64,000 nucleotides of DNA from the human T2T-CHM13v2.0 reference genome, Homo sapiens: assembly GCF_009914755.1 (NCBI RefSeq), contig NC_060945.1; one strand, given 5' to 3'. The notes beneath the pieces were generated by a model, which was not told the origin of the DNA, did not search any database, and worked only from the letters and a program-made list of their open reading frames with translations. Positions within the stretch are counted from its first letter, which is position 1; each line of letters begins with the position of its first letter. Of the stretch, positions 14,227 to 29,861 are shown piece after piece. The translations under genes and the position numbers were made by a program.

Positions 14227-16506
14227 CCAGTTTCCAACTTCCGTATATAGCTAGCCAGTTATCCCAACATCATTTATTAAATAGGGAGTCCTTTTCCCAT
14301 TGATTGTTTTTGTCAATTTTGTTGAAGATCAGATGATTGTAGGTGTATAGCATTATTTCTGAATTCTCTATTCTGTTCTGTTGGTCTATGTGTCTGTCTG
14401 TTTTTGTATCAGTATCATACTATTTTGGTTACTGTATTCCTGTGATACAGTTTGAAGGTGGGTAATGTGATGCCTCCAGCTTTGTTCCTTTTGCTTAGGA
14501 TTCAATTGGCTATTCAGGCTCCCTTTGGGTTTCATATGAATTCTAAAATACTTTTTTTCTAGCTCTGTGAATAAAGTCATTGGTAGTCTGATAGAGCAAA
14601 TTCCTGAATCTGTAAGTTGCTTTGGGCAGTATAGTCAGTTTAATGACATTGAGTCTTTCTATTCATGAGCATGGAGTGTTTTTCCATTTGTTTGTGTCAT
14701 TTTTTGAGCCATGTTTTGTAGTTCTCCATGTAGACATCTTTCACCTCCTTGATTAGCTGTATTCCTATTTGTGTGTGTGTGTGTGTGTGTATGTGTGTGT
14801 GTGTGGCAGTTGTGAATGGGACTGCATTTCTGAATTGGCTCTCAGCTTGGATATTTGTGTATAGGAATGCTAGTGATTTTTGCACATTAATTTTGTATCC
14901 TGAGACTTCGCAGAAGTTGTTATCAGCTGAATGATTTGGGCTGGGACTGTGGGGTTTTCTAAACAGAATCATGTTGTCTGCAAACAGGGAAAGTTTGACT
15001 TACTCTCTTCCTATTTAAGTGCTCTTAATTTCTTTCTCTTGCCTGATTGCCCTAGCCAGAACTTCTAACACTATGTTGAATAGGAGTGGTGAGAGAAGGC
15101 ATCCTTGTCTTGTGCCAGTTTTCAAGGGTAGTGCTTCCAGCTTTTGCCTATTTAGTATGATGTTGGTTGTGGATTTGTCACAGATGGCACTTATTATTTT
15201 GAAGTATGTTCCTTCAATACCTTCAATGTCATTAATGAGTGTTTTTAACATAAAGGGATGTTGTGTTTTATCAAAGGCCTTTTCTGCATCTATTGAGATA
15301 ATCGTGTTTTTTGTGTTTAGCTCTGTTTATGTGATGAATCACATTTATTGATTTGCATATGTGGAATCAACCTTGCATCCCAGGGTTAAAGGCTACTTGA
15401 TCATGGTGGATGAGGTTCTTGATGTGTTGTGGGATTCAGTTTGCTAGTATTTTGTTGAGGATTTTTGTATCTGTGTTCATCAAGGATATTGGTCCACTGG
15501 CCATTTCTTAAGTGACTTCTTTGCTGCACCTTCTCTTCTTTTAGATCCATAGTAAATAGAAAACCTACAGAATGGGAGAAAGGACTTGCAAACTATGCAT
15601 CTGATGAGGGTCTAATATCCAGCATCTGTAAGGAACTTAAACAAATTTGCAATGAACAAACAAACAACCTCATTAAACATTAGGCAAAGAACATGAACAG
15701 TCATGTTTAAAAAGAAGACCTACATGCAGCCTACAGGCATATGGAAAGAAGATCAATATCACTGATCATTAGAGAAATGCAAATCAAAACCACAATGAGA
15801 TATCATCTTACACCAGTCAGAATGGTTATTATTAAAAAGTCAAAACTAACAGATGCTGGAGAGGTTGTGGAGAAAAGGGAATGCTTATACACTGTTCTTG
15901 GGAATGTATATTAGTTCAATAATCATGGAAAGCAGTGTGGAAAGTCCTCAAAAAGCTAAAAACAGAACTACTATTCAGTAATGGGATTACTGGGTATATA
16001 CCCAAAGAAATATAAATCATTCTATTATAAAGACACATGTACATGTATATTCATTGCAGTACTATTCACAATAGCAAAGACATGGAATCAGCCTCAATGC
16101 CCATCAATGGTCGACTGAATAAAGAAAATGTGGTACATATACACCAAGGAATACTATGCAGCCATAAAAATTACAAGATCATGTCCTTTGCAGGAAACAC
16201 GAATGGAGCTGGAGGCTATTATCCTTAGAAAACTAACGCAGGAACAGAAAATCAGATACCAGATGTTCTCACTTATAAGTGGGAGCTAAATGATGAGAAC
16301 ACATGGATAAATAGAGGGGAACAACAGACCCTAGGGCCTACCTGATGGTGCAGGGCAGAAGGAGAGAGGGGATCAGAAAAAATAATTATTGGATACTAAG
16401 CTTAGTACTTAGGTGATTAAATAATCTGCACAGCAAACCCCTGTGACACAAGCTTACTTATATAAAAAACCTGTACATGTACCCCCGAATGTAAAATAAA
16501 AAAAAA
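14227..16506 (+). mobile_element. 5'-inverted L1 (L1PA13-16-like): antisense ORF2 segment 14227-15493, non-L1 filler, sense 3' segment ~15550-16506
   Basis: Minus-strand ORF2 peptides ([22 protein letters not shown]), then a plus-strand 3' end with poly-A; degenerate TSD AAAAAAGGGTTA / AAAAAAGTGATA. Confidence 0.8.
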
Positions 16507-17390
16507 GTGATATTCCAATCATTTGGATAATTTAGTTATCTAAAATAATGCACTTCCCTGGATAACTGGATAGATGGGATTTTATTGATGCGTTCGATAT
16601 TTTGTCATTTGATGAAGAGCATTTGTGTTGAGGTTTTATGAAGCATCTGAAAAAATACATATTACCTTATTTTACTGCAAATAGTAATTGCCAACAGTCA
16701 AGATATGTACTACCACCAAATTCCGTGTTATTTGTGATCAAAAGATATACACAGATACTTGAAAACTGATTTCTACGTTGCATATGGGAAAAATACCTCA
16801 TTTTTCTCAGCTGTCCATTATTTTTGAGATATTATGTGCAGTGATAGTAAGAACAAGCAGATTTGGAACACATCAGCAATAATTTTTTCAATCAGAGTCC
16901 TGCCAAAATGAAAGAATTTGACAGTATCCGGCACCCTGTACTCATGCTTGGCTTCTGTAGAAACTGTGGCTTGCAAAAGGGCAGCTGGGTACTGTGTTTT
17001 GGTACCTCATTCTTTAAACGTATAATGGGAATCTGGTTGGTTCAGGAAAACCCTTGCCTACTTATTATTACTCTGTTTTTAGAGTTGTTGCTGCCATTGA
17101 TTAGATGACATTTAAGCCCACTGCACTCTCATACCAGATTCTTGTACAGGTAAATTCTAATGCTTGATGGAGTAACAGAGTACTGCTGTGGAGAAAATGC
17201 AGTAACTGGTCAGTTACTCTTTAATTCCAGAACCTCCAGCAGTTGTAAGGAGGACTGGATAAATTGCATTTGGTGGGTTACTTGACAGCCGATTTGCACA
17301 TAGGATGCCATGGGCTATGGTAAAATAATGTGTTCTACTTGTGGCAAGTGTGCTTAGAATAAAAACACACTAATGCTGTATTCTCAGTAA

Positions 17391-17759
<369 letters not shown>

Positions 17760-18215
17760 TAACGCATGTAAAGAATTGCTTCATGTAGAGGAAGCTTCCT
17801 TTTAAGAGGATTTTGGAGGTATTTATAAGACAATATGGGGACGCTATATTTGTGTCTAACTACAACAAAATGTATTACGAGGTTTATTTTTCCCTTATTA
17901 TATAAGAAAAACATATTTAAGAAAGATATAAAAACAAAAAAGAAAATAAAAATAGCTTACCATTCCAGAAATAATTTAACATAATTTTTCCACATTATTA
18001 TATATGTAATTTTTATATACATTTTTGTATATAGATTATTTTAAAATAAGAATATACTGTATTGGACTCTGGTTTTTTTTGGTTGTTGTTCATTTAACAA
18101 TGTATGGCGAATATTTTCCCATGTTAATAAAAGTATCCTATACTAGTCATTTGAATGTTTGCTGAGAATTAATTAATTTTACTGATGTATCCTAATTATA
18201 TAATTATTCCCTTGG

Positions 18216-18569
18216 TGTATTAGTCTGTTCTCATGCTGCTAATAAAGACATACACGAGGCTGGGTAATTTATAAAGGAAAGAGGTTTGATGGAATTACCG
18301 CTTCACATGGCTGGGGAGGCCTTAAAATCATGGCGGAAGACAAACGAAGAACAGAGGGTCCTCTTATATGTCAGCAAGCTGAAAGAGCTTGTGCAAGGGA
18401 AGTCCCATTCATAAAGCCATCAGATCTCATGAGACTTATTCACTATCACGAGAACAGCATTGGAAAGGCCCGCCCCTATGATTTAATTACCTCCCACCAG
18501 GCCCCTCCCACAACACGTGGGAATTGTGGGAGCTGCAATTCAAAATTAGATTTGGGTGGGGCCATATCA
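18216..18569 (-). mobile_element. THE1 (THE1D-like) MaLR solo LTR
   Basis: TGTATTAGTC...CCATATCA termini; 5-bp TSD CTTGG on both sides. Confidence 0.9.
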
Positions 18570-18590
18570 CTTGGTGATAGACATTGAAGT

Positions 18591-18738
18591 CTTTTCCTTC
18601 CTTCCTTCCCTCCCTCTCCCTCCCTCCCTCCCTCCCTCCCTCCCTCCCTCCTTCCTTCCTTCCTTCCTTCCTTCCTTCCTTCCTTCCTTCTTCCTTTCCC
18701 TCTTTCTCTCTTTCATTCTTTCTTTTCTTGCTTCTTTT
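18591..18738. repeat. (CCCT)n(CCTT)n polypyrimidine tract
   Basis: Seen directly. Confidence 0.95.
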
Positions 18739-19379
18739 TGGTATAAGCCATGTTAACATAAAAATCTTAATAGCTACATATGTAACCATACATAACTGTC
18801 TCCTTATGTTAAATAGCTAGAAATGTAAGTGATGAATCAAAGGGTATGTGCCATGGTACAGAGATCAGCTGAATTCAATAAAGTACCAGCAGAAAGCATC
18901 TTTATTCTTTTAAATTTTTGTTTTGAACTATAGTTCTTTTGTTCCTACAGCAAAAAAAAAAAAAATTCAGGCAGGTTTCATAGTTTTCCATGACACTCCT
19001 AAATAATAAATGGATAATTTATTTAGTATTTTATGAATTGTCCAAAATCTGGAAGAATTTCATGGTCTAACATGGTTTGGTAGGTGCTCCTTTTGGAAAT
19101 AATTACTATTCCTGATAAAATTCTCCAGCAATTTTCTGATAGACATTAATGAACTGAAAAACCTAAACTTTTAAAATCCTAACAGTGTTCAATCTTAGGA
19201 AAAATCTAATGCCATTTAACAAACCTCATGAAGAGTCTGTAATTTTTAACCAGCTATTGCATTATAGTTTATCCAATCTAACAATTATTTTACAGCCATT
19301 TCCCTCCATGAAATGTGTCTTCCAGAGGAATTGTTTGAATTGTCATGTTCATAAGCTCCTTCCTTTGTGACAAATTTTA

Positions 19380-21000
<1,621 letters not shown>

Positions 21001-21019
21001 TTCAAAATACATATCAAGT

Positions 21020-22510
<1,491 letters not shown>

Positions 22511-23165
22511 CATATATAAAACCCTGTACCAATTTACTAACGAATAATACTATCCTGGTTTAATTTGCATTTCTTTGACTACTTGATTTACCATTTCTTT
22601 CACATGGCTTTTGTTAATATTTTTTCTTAGTAAATTTCCAGGAGAAAAACAGTCGTTTATGTTATCACAGGCAAACTGGGATCACGTTGATTAAATCAGA
22701 ATCTTTTATGATAAACAGCCATTTCAGCAATCAGAATATAGGCCATCGGTTAGATGAAAGTAGGAATGGACCCACAGTTTTTTTTCTTACCTATTAGAAT
22801 AACTTTAATTCTAACTTGAATCCTTGATGAGAAGGTGAGTGTGCCGTTACAGGTTTTCATTTTAGTCTTTAAAAAGACAATCATGATCAAAGAGCTACCA
22901 CAAAATGAAAAACAACAATGAGAAAGTTTGCTTGATATGCTTTTGCTTTAGGGGCCCCACGTTAGTGTGATTCCACTCTTTGTTAAGTACACAGTGTTTC
23001 ACAAAACACAATTAAGTTCCTAAGGAGATATCTCTGTTGAATGTAATGGCAAGTAGAATCTCAAGAAGGCTTGGTTACAAGATCCTAAACCTTAATTCGT
23101 ATACATGATGGGTCTGTCAATAAGTAGGAAACCATTCAAACACAGCATTTAAAAGTTGCACCTTC

Positions 23166-23890
23166 AGAGTGTGATATTCCCCTTCCTGTGTCCATGTGAT
23201 CTCATTGTTCAATTCCCACCTATGAGTGAGAATATGCGGCGTTTGGTTTTTTGTTCTTGCGATAGTTTACTGAGAATGATGATTTCCAATTTCATCCATG
23301 TCCCTACAAAGGACATGAACCCATCATTTTTTATGGCTGCATAGTATTCCATGGTGTATATGTGCCACATTTTCTTAATCCAGTCTATCATTGTTGGACA
23401 TTTGGGTTGGTCCCAAGTCTTTGCTATTGTGAATAATGCCGCAATAAACATGTGTGCATGTGTCTTTATAGCAGCATGATTTATAGTCATTTGGGTATAT
23501 ACCCAGTAATGGGATGGCTGGGTCAAATGGTATTTCTAGTTCTAGATCCTTGAGGAATTGCCACACTGTCTTCCACAATGGTTGAACTAGTTTACAGTCC
23601 CACCAACAGTGTAAAAGTGTTCCTATTTCTCCACATCCTCTCCAGCACCTGTTGTTTCCTGACTTTTTAATGATCGCCATTCTAACTGGTGTGAGATGGT
23701 ATCTCATAGTGGTTTTGATTTGCAGTTCTCTGAGGGGTGGGGGGAGGGGGGAGGGATAGCATTGGGAGATATACCTAATGCTAGATGACGAGTTAGTGGG
23801 TGCAGCGTACCAGCATGGCACATGTATACATATGTAACTAACCTGCACAATGTGCACATGTACCCTAAAACTTGAAGTATAATAAAAAAA
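23166..23890 (+). mobile_element. L1PA2-like 5'-inverted LINE-1 (antisense 23166-23732, sense 23733-23890)
   Basis: Perfect 15-bp TSD AAAAGTTGCACCTTC (23151-23165, 23891-23905); 3' UTR reads gctagatgacGAGttagtg, not the Ta-diagnostic ACA. Confidence 0.92.
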
Positions 23891-23924
23891 AAAAGTTGCA
23901 CCTTCTGTACACAATGTTACAAGC

Positions 23925-24415
23925 TGTTATGCGTTGAATCATGTTCCTCCTTCACTCTGAAATTCATATGTTGGAGTTCTAACCTCTAGGACCTCAGAAT
24001 GTAACCTTATTTGGAAATAGGTTCATTGCAGATGTAGTTAGTTAAGATAAAGTCATACTGGAGTAGGGTGGGCCCCTAATCCAAGATGACTGTTGCCTTT
24101 ACAAAAAGGAGAAATTTGGACAAAGACATACACACAGGAAGAATGCCATGGGAAGATGAAGGCAGAGATGGAGATGATACAGCTACAAACCAAGGAATGT
24201 CAGGTTGCCTGCAAACCACCAGAAGCTAAGGCAGAGGCAAGGAACAGATTTCCCCTCACAGTCCTCAGAAGAACCAACCTGGCTGACCCTTCATCTTGGA
24301 CTTCTGACCTCCAGAGCTGTTAGGCCATAAATTTCCGTTGTTTAAGCCTCCAAGTTTGTGGTATAGAATATGTTTGATATGACAGTTTAATATGGCAGCC
24401 TCAGGAAATTAATAT
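23925..24415 (+). mobile_element. MLT1C-like MaLR solo LTR
   Basis: tgttatgcgttgaat...cctcagaatgtaaccttatttggaaatagg...gagtagggtgggccctaatcc...ggcagcctcaggaaattaata. Confidence 0.85.
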
Positions 24416-26141
24416 ATATGCAAAAAACCCCAAACAAAATCTCCCAAACAAAAAAACAAAACTGTCATTTGAAAAAGTGATCAGAAACAAATAAATTCAT
24501 TAGCAGAGCATGCTAGGATTAGGTAAAGCACGAGTAGAACAAATAAGTATGTTAAGAGAGATAGTGACTAAAAAAAGGCTACAGTGGATGAAAAACTTTT
24601 TAAGAAATCCTTATTTTTAAAAACTAGGTGTTAAGGTTGCATGATAAAAGCAGTTTAAATTACCTTTGCTTGGCATGGTTTTTTGAATAAAGAGAGCTGT
24701 TAAAATATGGCATTGAGATATAAAGGGCATCACTTGAGCAAAAATGTGAAGCACAGAAATATAGTTTATTATTAATTGGGTTTTACTATTAGTATCTTGC
24801 ATTTTTCTGGCTCAAAGACAGCAAGATACTACATTTCAAAAGGTTTAAACTTAGCTCAAAATAGCTTTAAATTGTAGCAAGAGGAGCTGTGTAATTCAAA
24901 TTTTCTCTTTGTACTTGTCTCATCTTTAAGACTAATGGAATTGATTGGTGAATTATTATTAAAACATCCTTCAAGTTTGAGGCATTTCCCAGCGAGTTAT
25001 TCAGAATGCTGATTGTTTTCCTTTTACCAGCTTTCATTTGTACTTTATGGGTCAGTGACTAAAATGTAGGATGCTCTCTAAGTCAGAGTGACTTCAATAT
25101 AAAAGATGTTAGGGAAGCAAAATTGCATGCCAAGCAAATCTTTATCTTAATTAGCTGCTAGAACATGAAGAGTTTGCTTCTGTGCCTAAAACATATTACA
25201 GCTGCCTACTTATGTGAAGCCTTTATTGCACCACCCAACACAGATTTTTTTCCCCATAATCACTGAGATTTGAAATTTTAAAGGAGAAAAATAAATTCTT
25301 TTCTTGGATGCAGTATATTCTGCCGAAGAGTGAAGAAGCACGAACATTTCCAGTAGAACAAGATTTTCCTGCTTTTAAAAATACTACATTAAAGCTGAAA
25401 ATTTAGGCCAAAATTTTCAAGTGGTAATAGTTACAGGCAATTCATCTTTCTGGTCAGAAAAGGGTGTTACTGCAGCTATTTCTGCCTGAAACTGGGTGGC
25501 ACTACTACTTTTTTTTTTTTTTTTTTAACTGAGCAGACATTTTCCTTACACTAAAATTGAGAAAAAGAGAAATTTCTAAATTTCCATTGAACAGTTCCTT
25601 GCACATCATTTTAACTCTGTGAGACAGTGTCACATCGAAACGACACACTACATCACGAAGCTTTTCTAAATGACGGAGGTGGCTTGCAGCTGCTGACCTC
25701 ACTTCTCTTGGACTTGGCAGCAATCCACACTGCCTTGATCATGGCAGTGAAAATAAGATAGTATTCAGTATTATTTGTCCAAATCTGGCGTATCATTGCT
25801 TGTGGATACATGAATGATCTTGGGACTTGAAAACATTGCTGATGGAAACTCAAACAAGATAAAGGGCTAATGACATTGATAGGAAACATAAGAAGAAAGT
25901 TATTCCATGACTTCATAAGAGTTGTCAGAATTTATTATGCATGTAACTACAGGGGAAGTGCAAAGAGAAGTTGTTTCAGAAATTGATGTAAGGGTAGGAC
26001 AATACATTGTGCAAGTTGACTCTCAATGAGACTATTTGTAGCATCCCACTTTTGGAATGCCATATTCTAGAGCTCAAATTGGACTGAAAGATCTGTCCTG
26101 GTGTGCCTGCCCTGTTGTTTCACATGGTTACGATTTTCAGG

Positions 26142-26295
26142 TGTAGTGATTGTGTGGATTATTTTCTATTTAATCCTTCTAGACCCACTTTTTACCCATT
26201 CCCATCCTGCTTTATGTCCCAGCATGCTGCTACATCATGGATTTCTTATCCTCTGGATTCTGGAGCAGAAGATGGAAGAGTGAGATTAAGATTGA
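26142..26295 (+). mobile_element. LTR33-like ERVL LTR, 5' part (split by Tigger2)
   Basis: ccttctagacccact...catcctgctttatgtccc...agagtgagatt resembles the LTR33 5' region. Confidence 0.55.
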
Positions 26296-29200
26296 CAGTT
26301 GACCCTTGAACAACACAGATTTGAAGGGTGCAGGTCTCTGTCCACTTATATGTGGATATTTTTCTTTTTGTATATATTTTTTATTATACTTTAAGTTCTA
26401 GGGTACACGTGCACAACGTGCAGTTTTGTTACATATGTATACATGTGCCATGTTGGTTTGCTGCACCCATTAACTCGTCATTTATATTAGGTATATCTCC
26501 TAATGCTATCCCTCCCCCCTCCCCCCACCCCACAACAGGCCCTGGTGTGTGATGTTCCCTTTCCTGTGTCCAAGTGTTCTCATTGTTCAATTCTCACCTA
26601 TGAGTGAGAACGTGCAGTGTTTGGTTTTTTGTCCTTGTGATAGTTTGCTGAGAATGATGGTTTCCAACTTCATCCATATCCCTACAAAGGACATGAACTC
26701 ATTTTTTATGGCTGCATAGTATTCCATGGTGTATATGTGCCACATTTTCTTAATCCAGTCTATCATTGTTGGACATTGGGTTGGATCCAAGTCTTTGCTA
26801 TTGTGAATAGTGCCACAGTAAACATACGTGTGCGTGTGTCTTTATAGCAGCATGATTTATAATCCTTTGGGTACATACCCAGTAATGGGATTGCTGGGTC
26901 AAATGGTATTTCTAGTTCTAGATCCCTGAGGAATCGACACACTGTCTTCCACATTGATTGAACTAGTTTACAGTCCCACCAAGAGTGTAAAAGTGTTCCT
27001 ATTTCTCTACATCCTCTCCAGCACCTGTTGTTTCCTGACATTTTAATGATCGCCACTCTAACTGGTGTGAGATGGTATCTCATTGTGGTTTTGATTTGCA
27101 TTTCTCTGATGGCCAGTGATGATGAGCATTTTTTCATGTGTCTGTTGGCTGCATAAATGTCTTCTTTTGAGAAGTGTCTCTTTCAAACAAATTTACAAGA
27201 AAAAAACAAACAACCCCATCAACAGGTGGGTGAAGGATATGAACAGACACTTCTCAAAAGAAGACATATGTGGATAGTTTTCAATAAATACATTGGAAAT
27301 TTTTTGGAGATTTATGACAATTTGAAAAAACAGATGAACTGCATGGCCTGCAAATATGGAAAAAAATAAGATAATTTTGTCATAGCTACATAAAATGACA
27401 TAAAATATTTTAGAAATTAGTCTGTTTTATTATTTGCTACAATAAAATATACACAAATCTATTATAAAAAGTTGAAATTTATTAAAACATATGTGCACAA
27501 ACACAGACCATACATGATGCCATTTGCAATGGAAAGAAATATAAACAATTCTAAAAATGCAGTATTAAAACTGCATAACGTTAACTGTAGTACATACTGT
27601 ACTATTGTAATAATTTTGTAGCCACCTCCTGTTGTTATTGCGGTGAGCTCATGTGTTGAAAGTAATTGCTTAAAATGCCATGTGACGCTAATCATCTCTG
27701 CGTGAGCAGTTCATCTCTCCAGTAAATTGTGTATCACAGTAAAAAGTGACTTGCAATTCTCACGTATTTTTCATCATGAATAACACCATGGGATCTATAT
27801 GAAGTGCCACGAGTGATGCCAAAAGTGCTCTCAAGAAGCAGACAAAAGTCATGACATTACAAGAAAAAGTTGAATTTCTTGATAGGTACCACAGATTGAG
27901 GTCTGCATCTGTGGTAGCCACCATTTCAAGATAAATCAGTTCAATGTAAGGACCATTGTAAAAAGAAAAAGAAAAAGAAATTTGTGAAGCTGTTGCTGCA
28001 GCTATGCTAGCAGCAAGAAAACCTTACATTTCTGGGGAAATACCTTTTTATCTCGTATTGAGAATGCAGCTTTCACATGGGAGCAGGATTGCTATAAGAA
28101 AGGCGTATCTATAGATCCTAACATGATTCAAGAAAAAGCAAAAAATATTATATGACATCTTAAAGCAAATGGAAGGTGGAGAGTCTAAAGCTTAAGAATT
28201 TAATGCCAGCAAAAGATGGCTTGATAATCTCAGAAAGAGGCTTGGGTTTTCAAATTTCCAGAAAACAGGAAAAGTATCTTTTGCTGACCAAGAGGCAGCA
28301 AACAAGTTCCTAGATGACATTAAGAAAATCATTGAAGAGAAAGGCTATTTTCCTGAACAGATTTCTATTGCAGATGAAAGTGCCCTATTCCAAAAATAAA
28401 ATGACACAAAAGACATTTATTAGTAAGGAAGAGAAGTGAGCACCAGGTTTTAAGGTAGGAAGTGATGGGCTAACTCTACTGTTTTGCACAAATACAGTCA
28501 GTTTTATACTGAGGGCCCCTCTTTCTATAAAGCTTCTAACCCCTGAGGCTTAAAGAGAAAAGATAAACAGCAGATGTCAGTTCTTTTGGTTGTACAACAA
28601 GAAGGTTTGGACAACAAGAACACTTTTTTCTGGATTTGTCCCATTGTTGCTTTGTCCCTGAAGTCAGGAACTACCTTTGCCAGTAAGAGACTGCCTTTTA
28701 AAGTTCTTTTGATATGGGACAATGCCCTGGACAATGGCCCAAACCCAGTGAGTTCAATGCTGAAGGCTTTGAAGCAGTCTGCTTGCCCCCAAACACAACA
28801 TTCCAACTCAGCTTCTATATCAGGGGGTCATAAGAACCTGTGAAGGCTCATCACACATGGTACTGTATGGAAATGATCATCAATACTATCAAAGAGAACT
28901 CTGATAGAACATCATGGAAGTCTGGAGGAACCACACCATTGAAGATTTCATTGTTGTTATAGAAAAAGCTGTGAAAGCCATGAAGCTTAAAACAATACAT
29001 TCCTTCTGAAGAAAACTGTGTCCAGATGTTGTATGTGAATTCACAGGAGCCAATCAAAGAAATTATGACAGATATTGTAGATATGGCAAATAAGGTGAGA
29101 GTGAAAGGTTTTCAGATATAGATATTGAAGATATTCAAGAGCTAATAGACATCACACCAGAGGAATTAACAGAAGATGATTTGATGGAGATAAGTGTTTC

Positions 29201-29861
29201 CAAATCAGTGCCAGATGATGAGGAAGAAGACATAGAAGATGCAATGCCAGAAAACAAATTGACATTAGAAAAGATGGCAATTGGATTCTGATTATTTAAG
29301 ACTACTTCTGACGTCTTCAATAGCATGAACCCTTCTATGATACAGGCATTGGAGCTAAAGCAAATGATAGAAGGATTGGAACTGTATAGAATCATTTTTA
29401 AAGAAATGAAAACTCAAAACGTCAGAGAGAAATCACAACATACTTCCGTAAAGTCACACCGACTGTGCCTGCCTCTCCTGCCTTCCCTTCTACCTCCTCC
29501 ACCTCTGCTACTCTTGAGACAGCAAGATCAACCCCTTCTCTTCTTTCTCCTCAGCCTCCTCAATGTGAAGACTATGAAGATGAAGACCTTTATGATGATC
29601 ACTGCCACTTAATAACTGGGAAATGTTATGATTTTCTTAATAACATTTTCTTTTCTCTAGCTTGCTTTATTGTAAGAATGCAGTATATAATACACACAAC
29701 ATACAAAATATGTGTTATGGACTGTTTATGCTATTGGTGTGGCTTCTGATCAACAGTAGCCTGTGAGTAGTTACATTTTTGGGGAGTCAAAAGTTATAAC
29801 TGGATTTTTGACTACACAGAGGGTCAGGCTTCCAACTTTTGTGTTGTTCAAGGGTCAAGTG
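26296..29861 (+). mobile_element. Full-length Tigger2 DNA transposon with a decayed pogo-like DDE transposase, interrupted by an L1
   Basis: TIRs CAGTTGACCCTTGAACAACAC / GTGTTGTTCAAGGGTCAAGTG followed by TA; transposase remnants 'EQISIADESAL' (~28355-28390) and 'FKVLLIWDNA' (ORF 28574..28843); ~2.65 kb without the L1. Confidence 0.9.
26365..27265 (-). mobile_element. L1PA4/5-like 5'-truncated LINE-1 with a short 5' inversion
   Basis: Antisense 3' end, ORF 26763..27137 is ORF2 C-terminus, inverted piece ~27184-27267; TSD ATATGTGGATA(T/G)TTTTC at 26348-26364 and 27266-27282. Confidence 0.9.

Noticed and set aside
18487-18820. Repetitive PSFL / GRKE peptides, and VCVC / HTHT ORFs elsewhere
   Set aside because: Translations of simple repeats.
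23375-23914. 179-aa ORF
   Set aside because: Chance read-through across the inversion junction of the L1PA2 element.
25505-25916. T18 run plus minus-strand ORFs suggesting a retrocopy or endogenous viral element
   Set aside because: No TSD and no poly-A signal found next to the run; the peptides resemble no protein I can name with confidence.
28574-29749. Transposase-like ORFs suggesting a domesticated TIGD-type gene
   Set aside because: The frame is broken repeatedly and the TIRs are intact, as expected for a neutrally decaying Tigger2.
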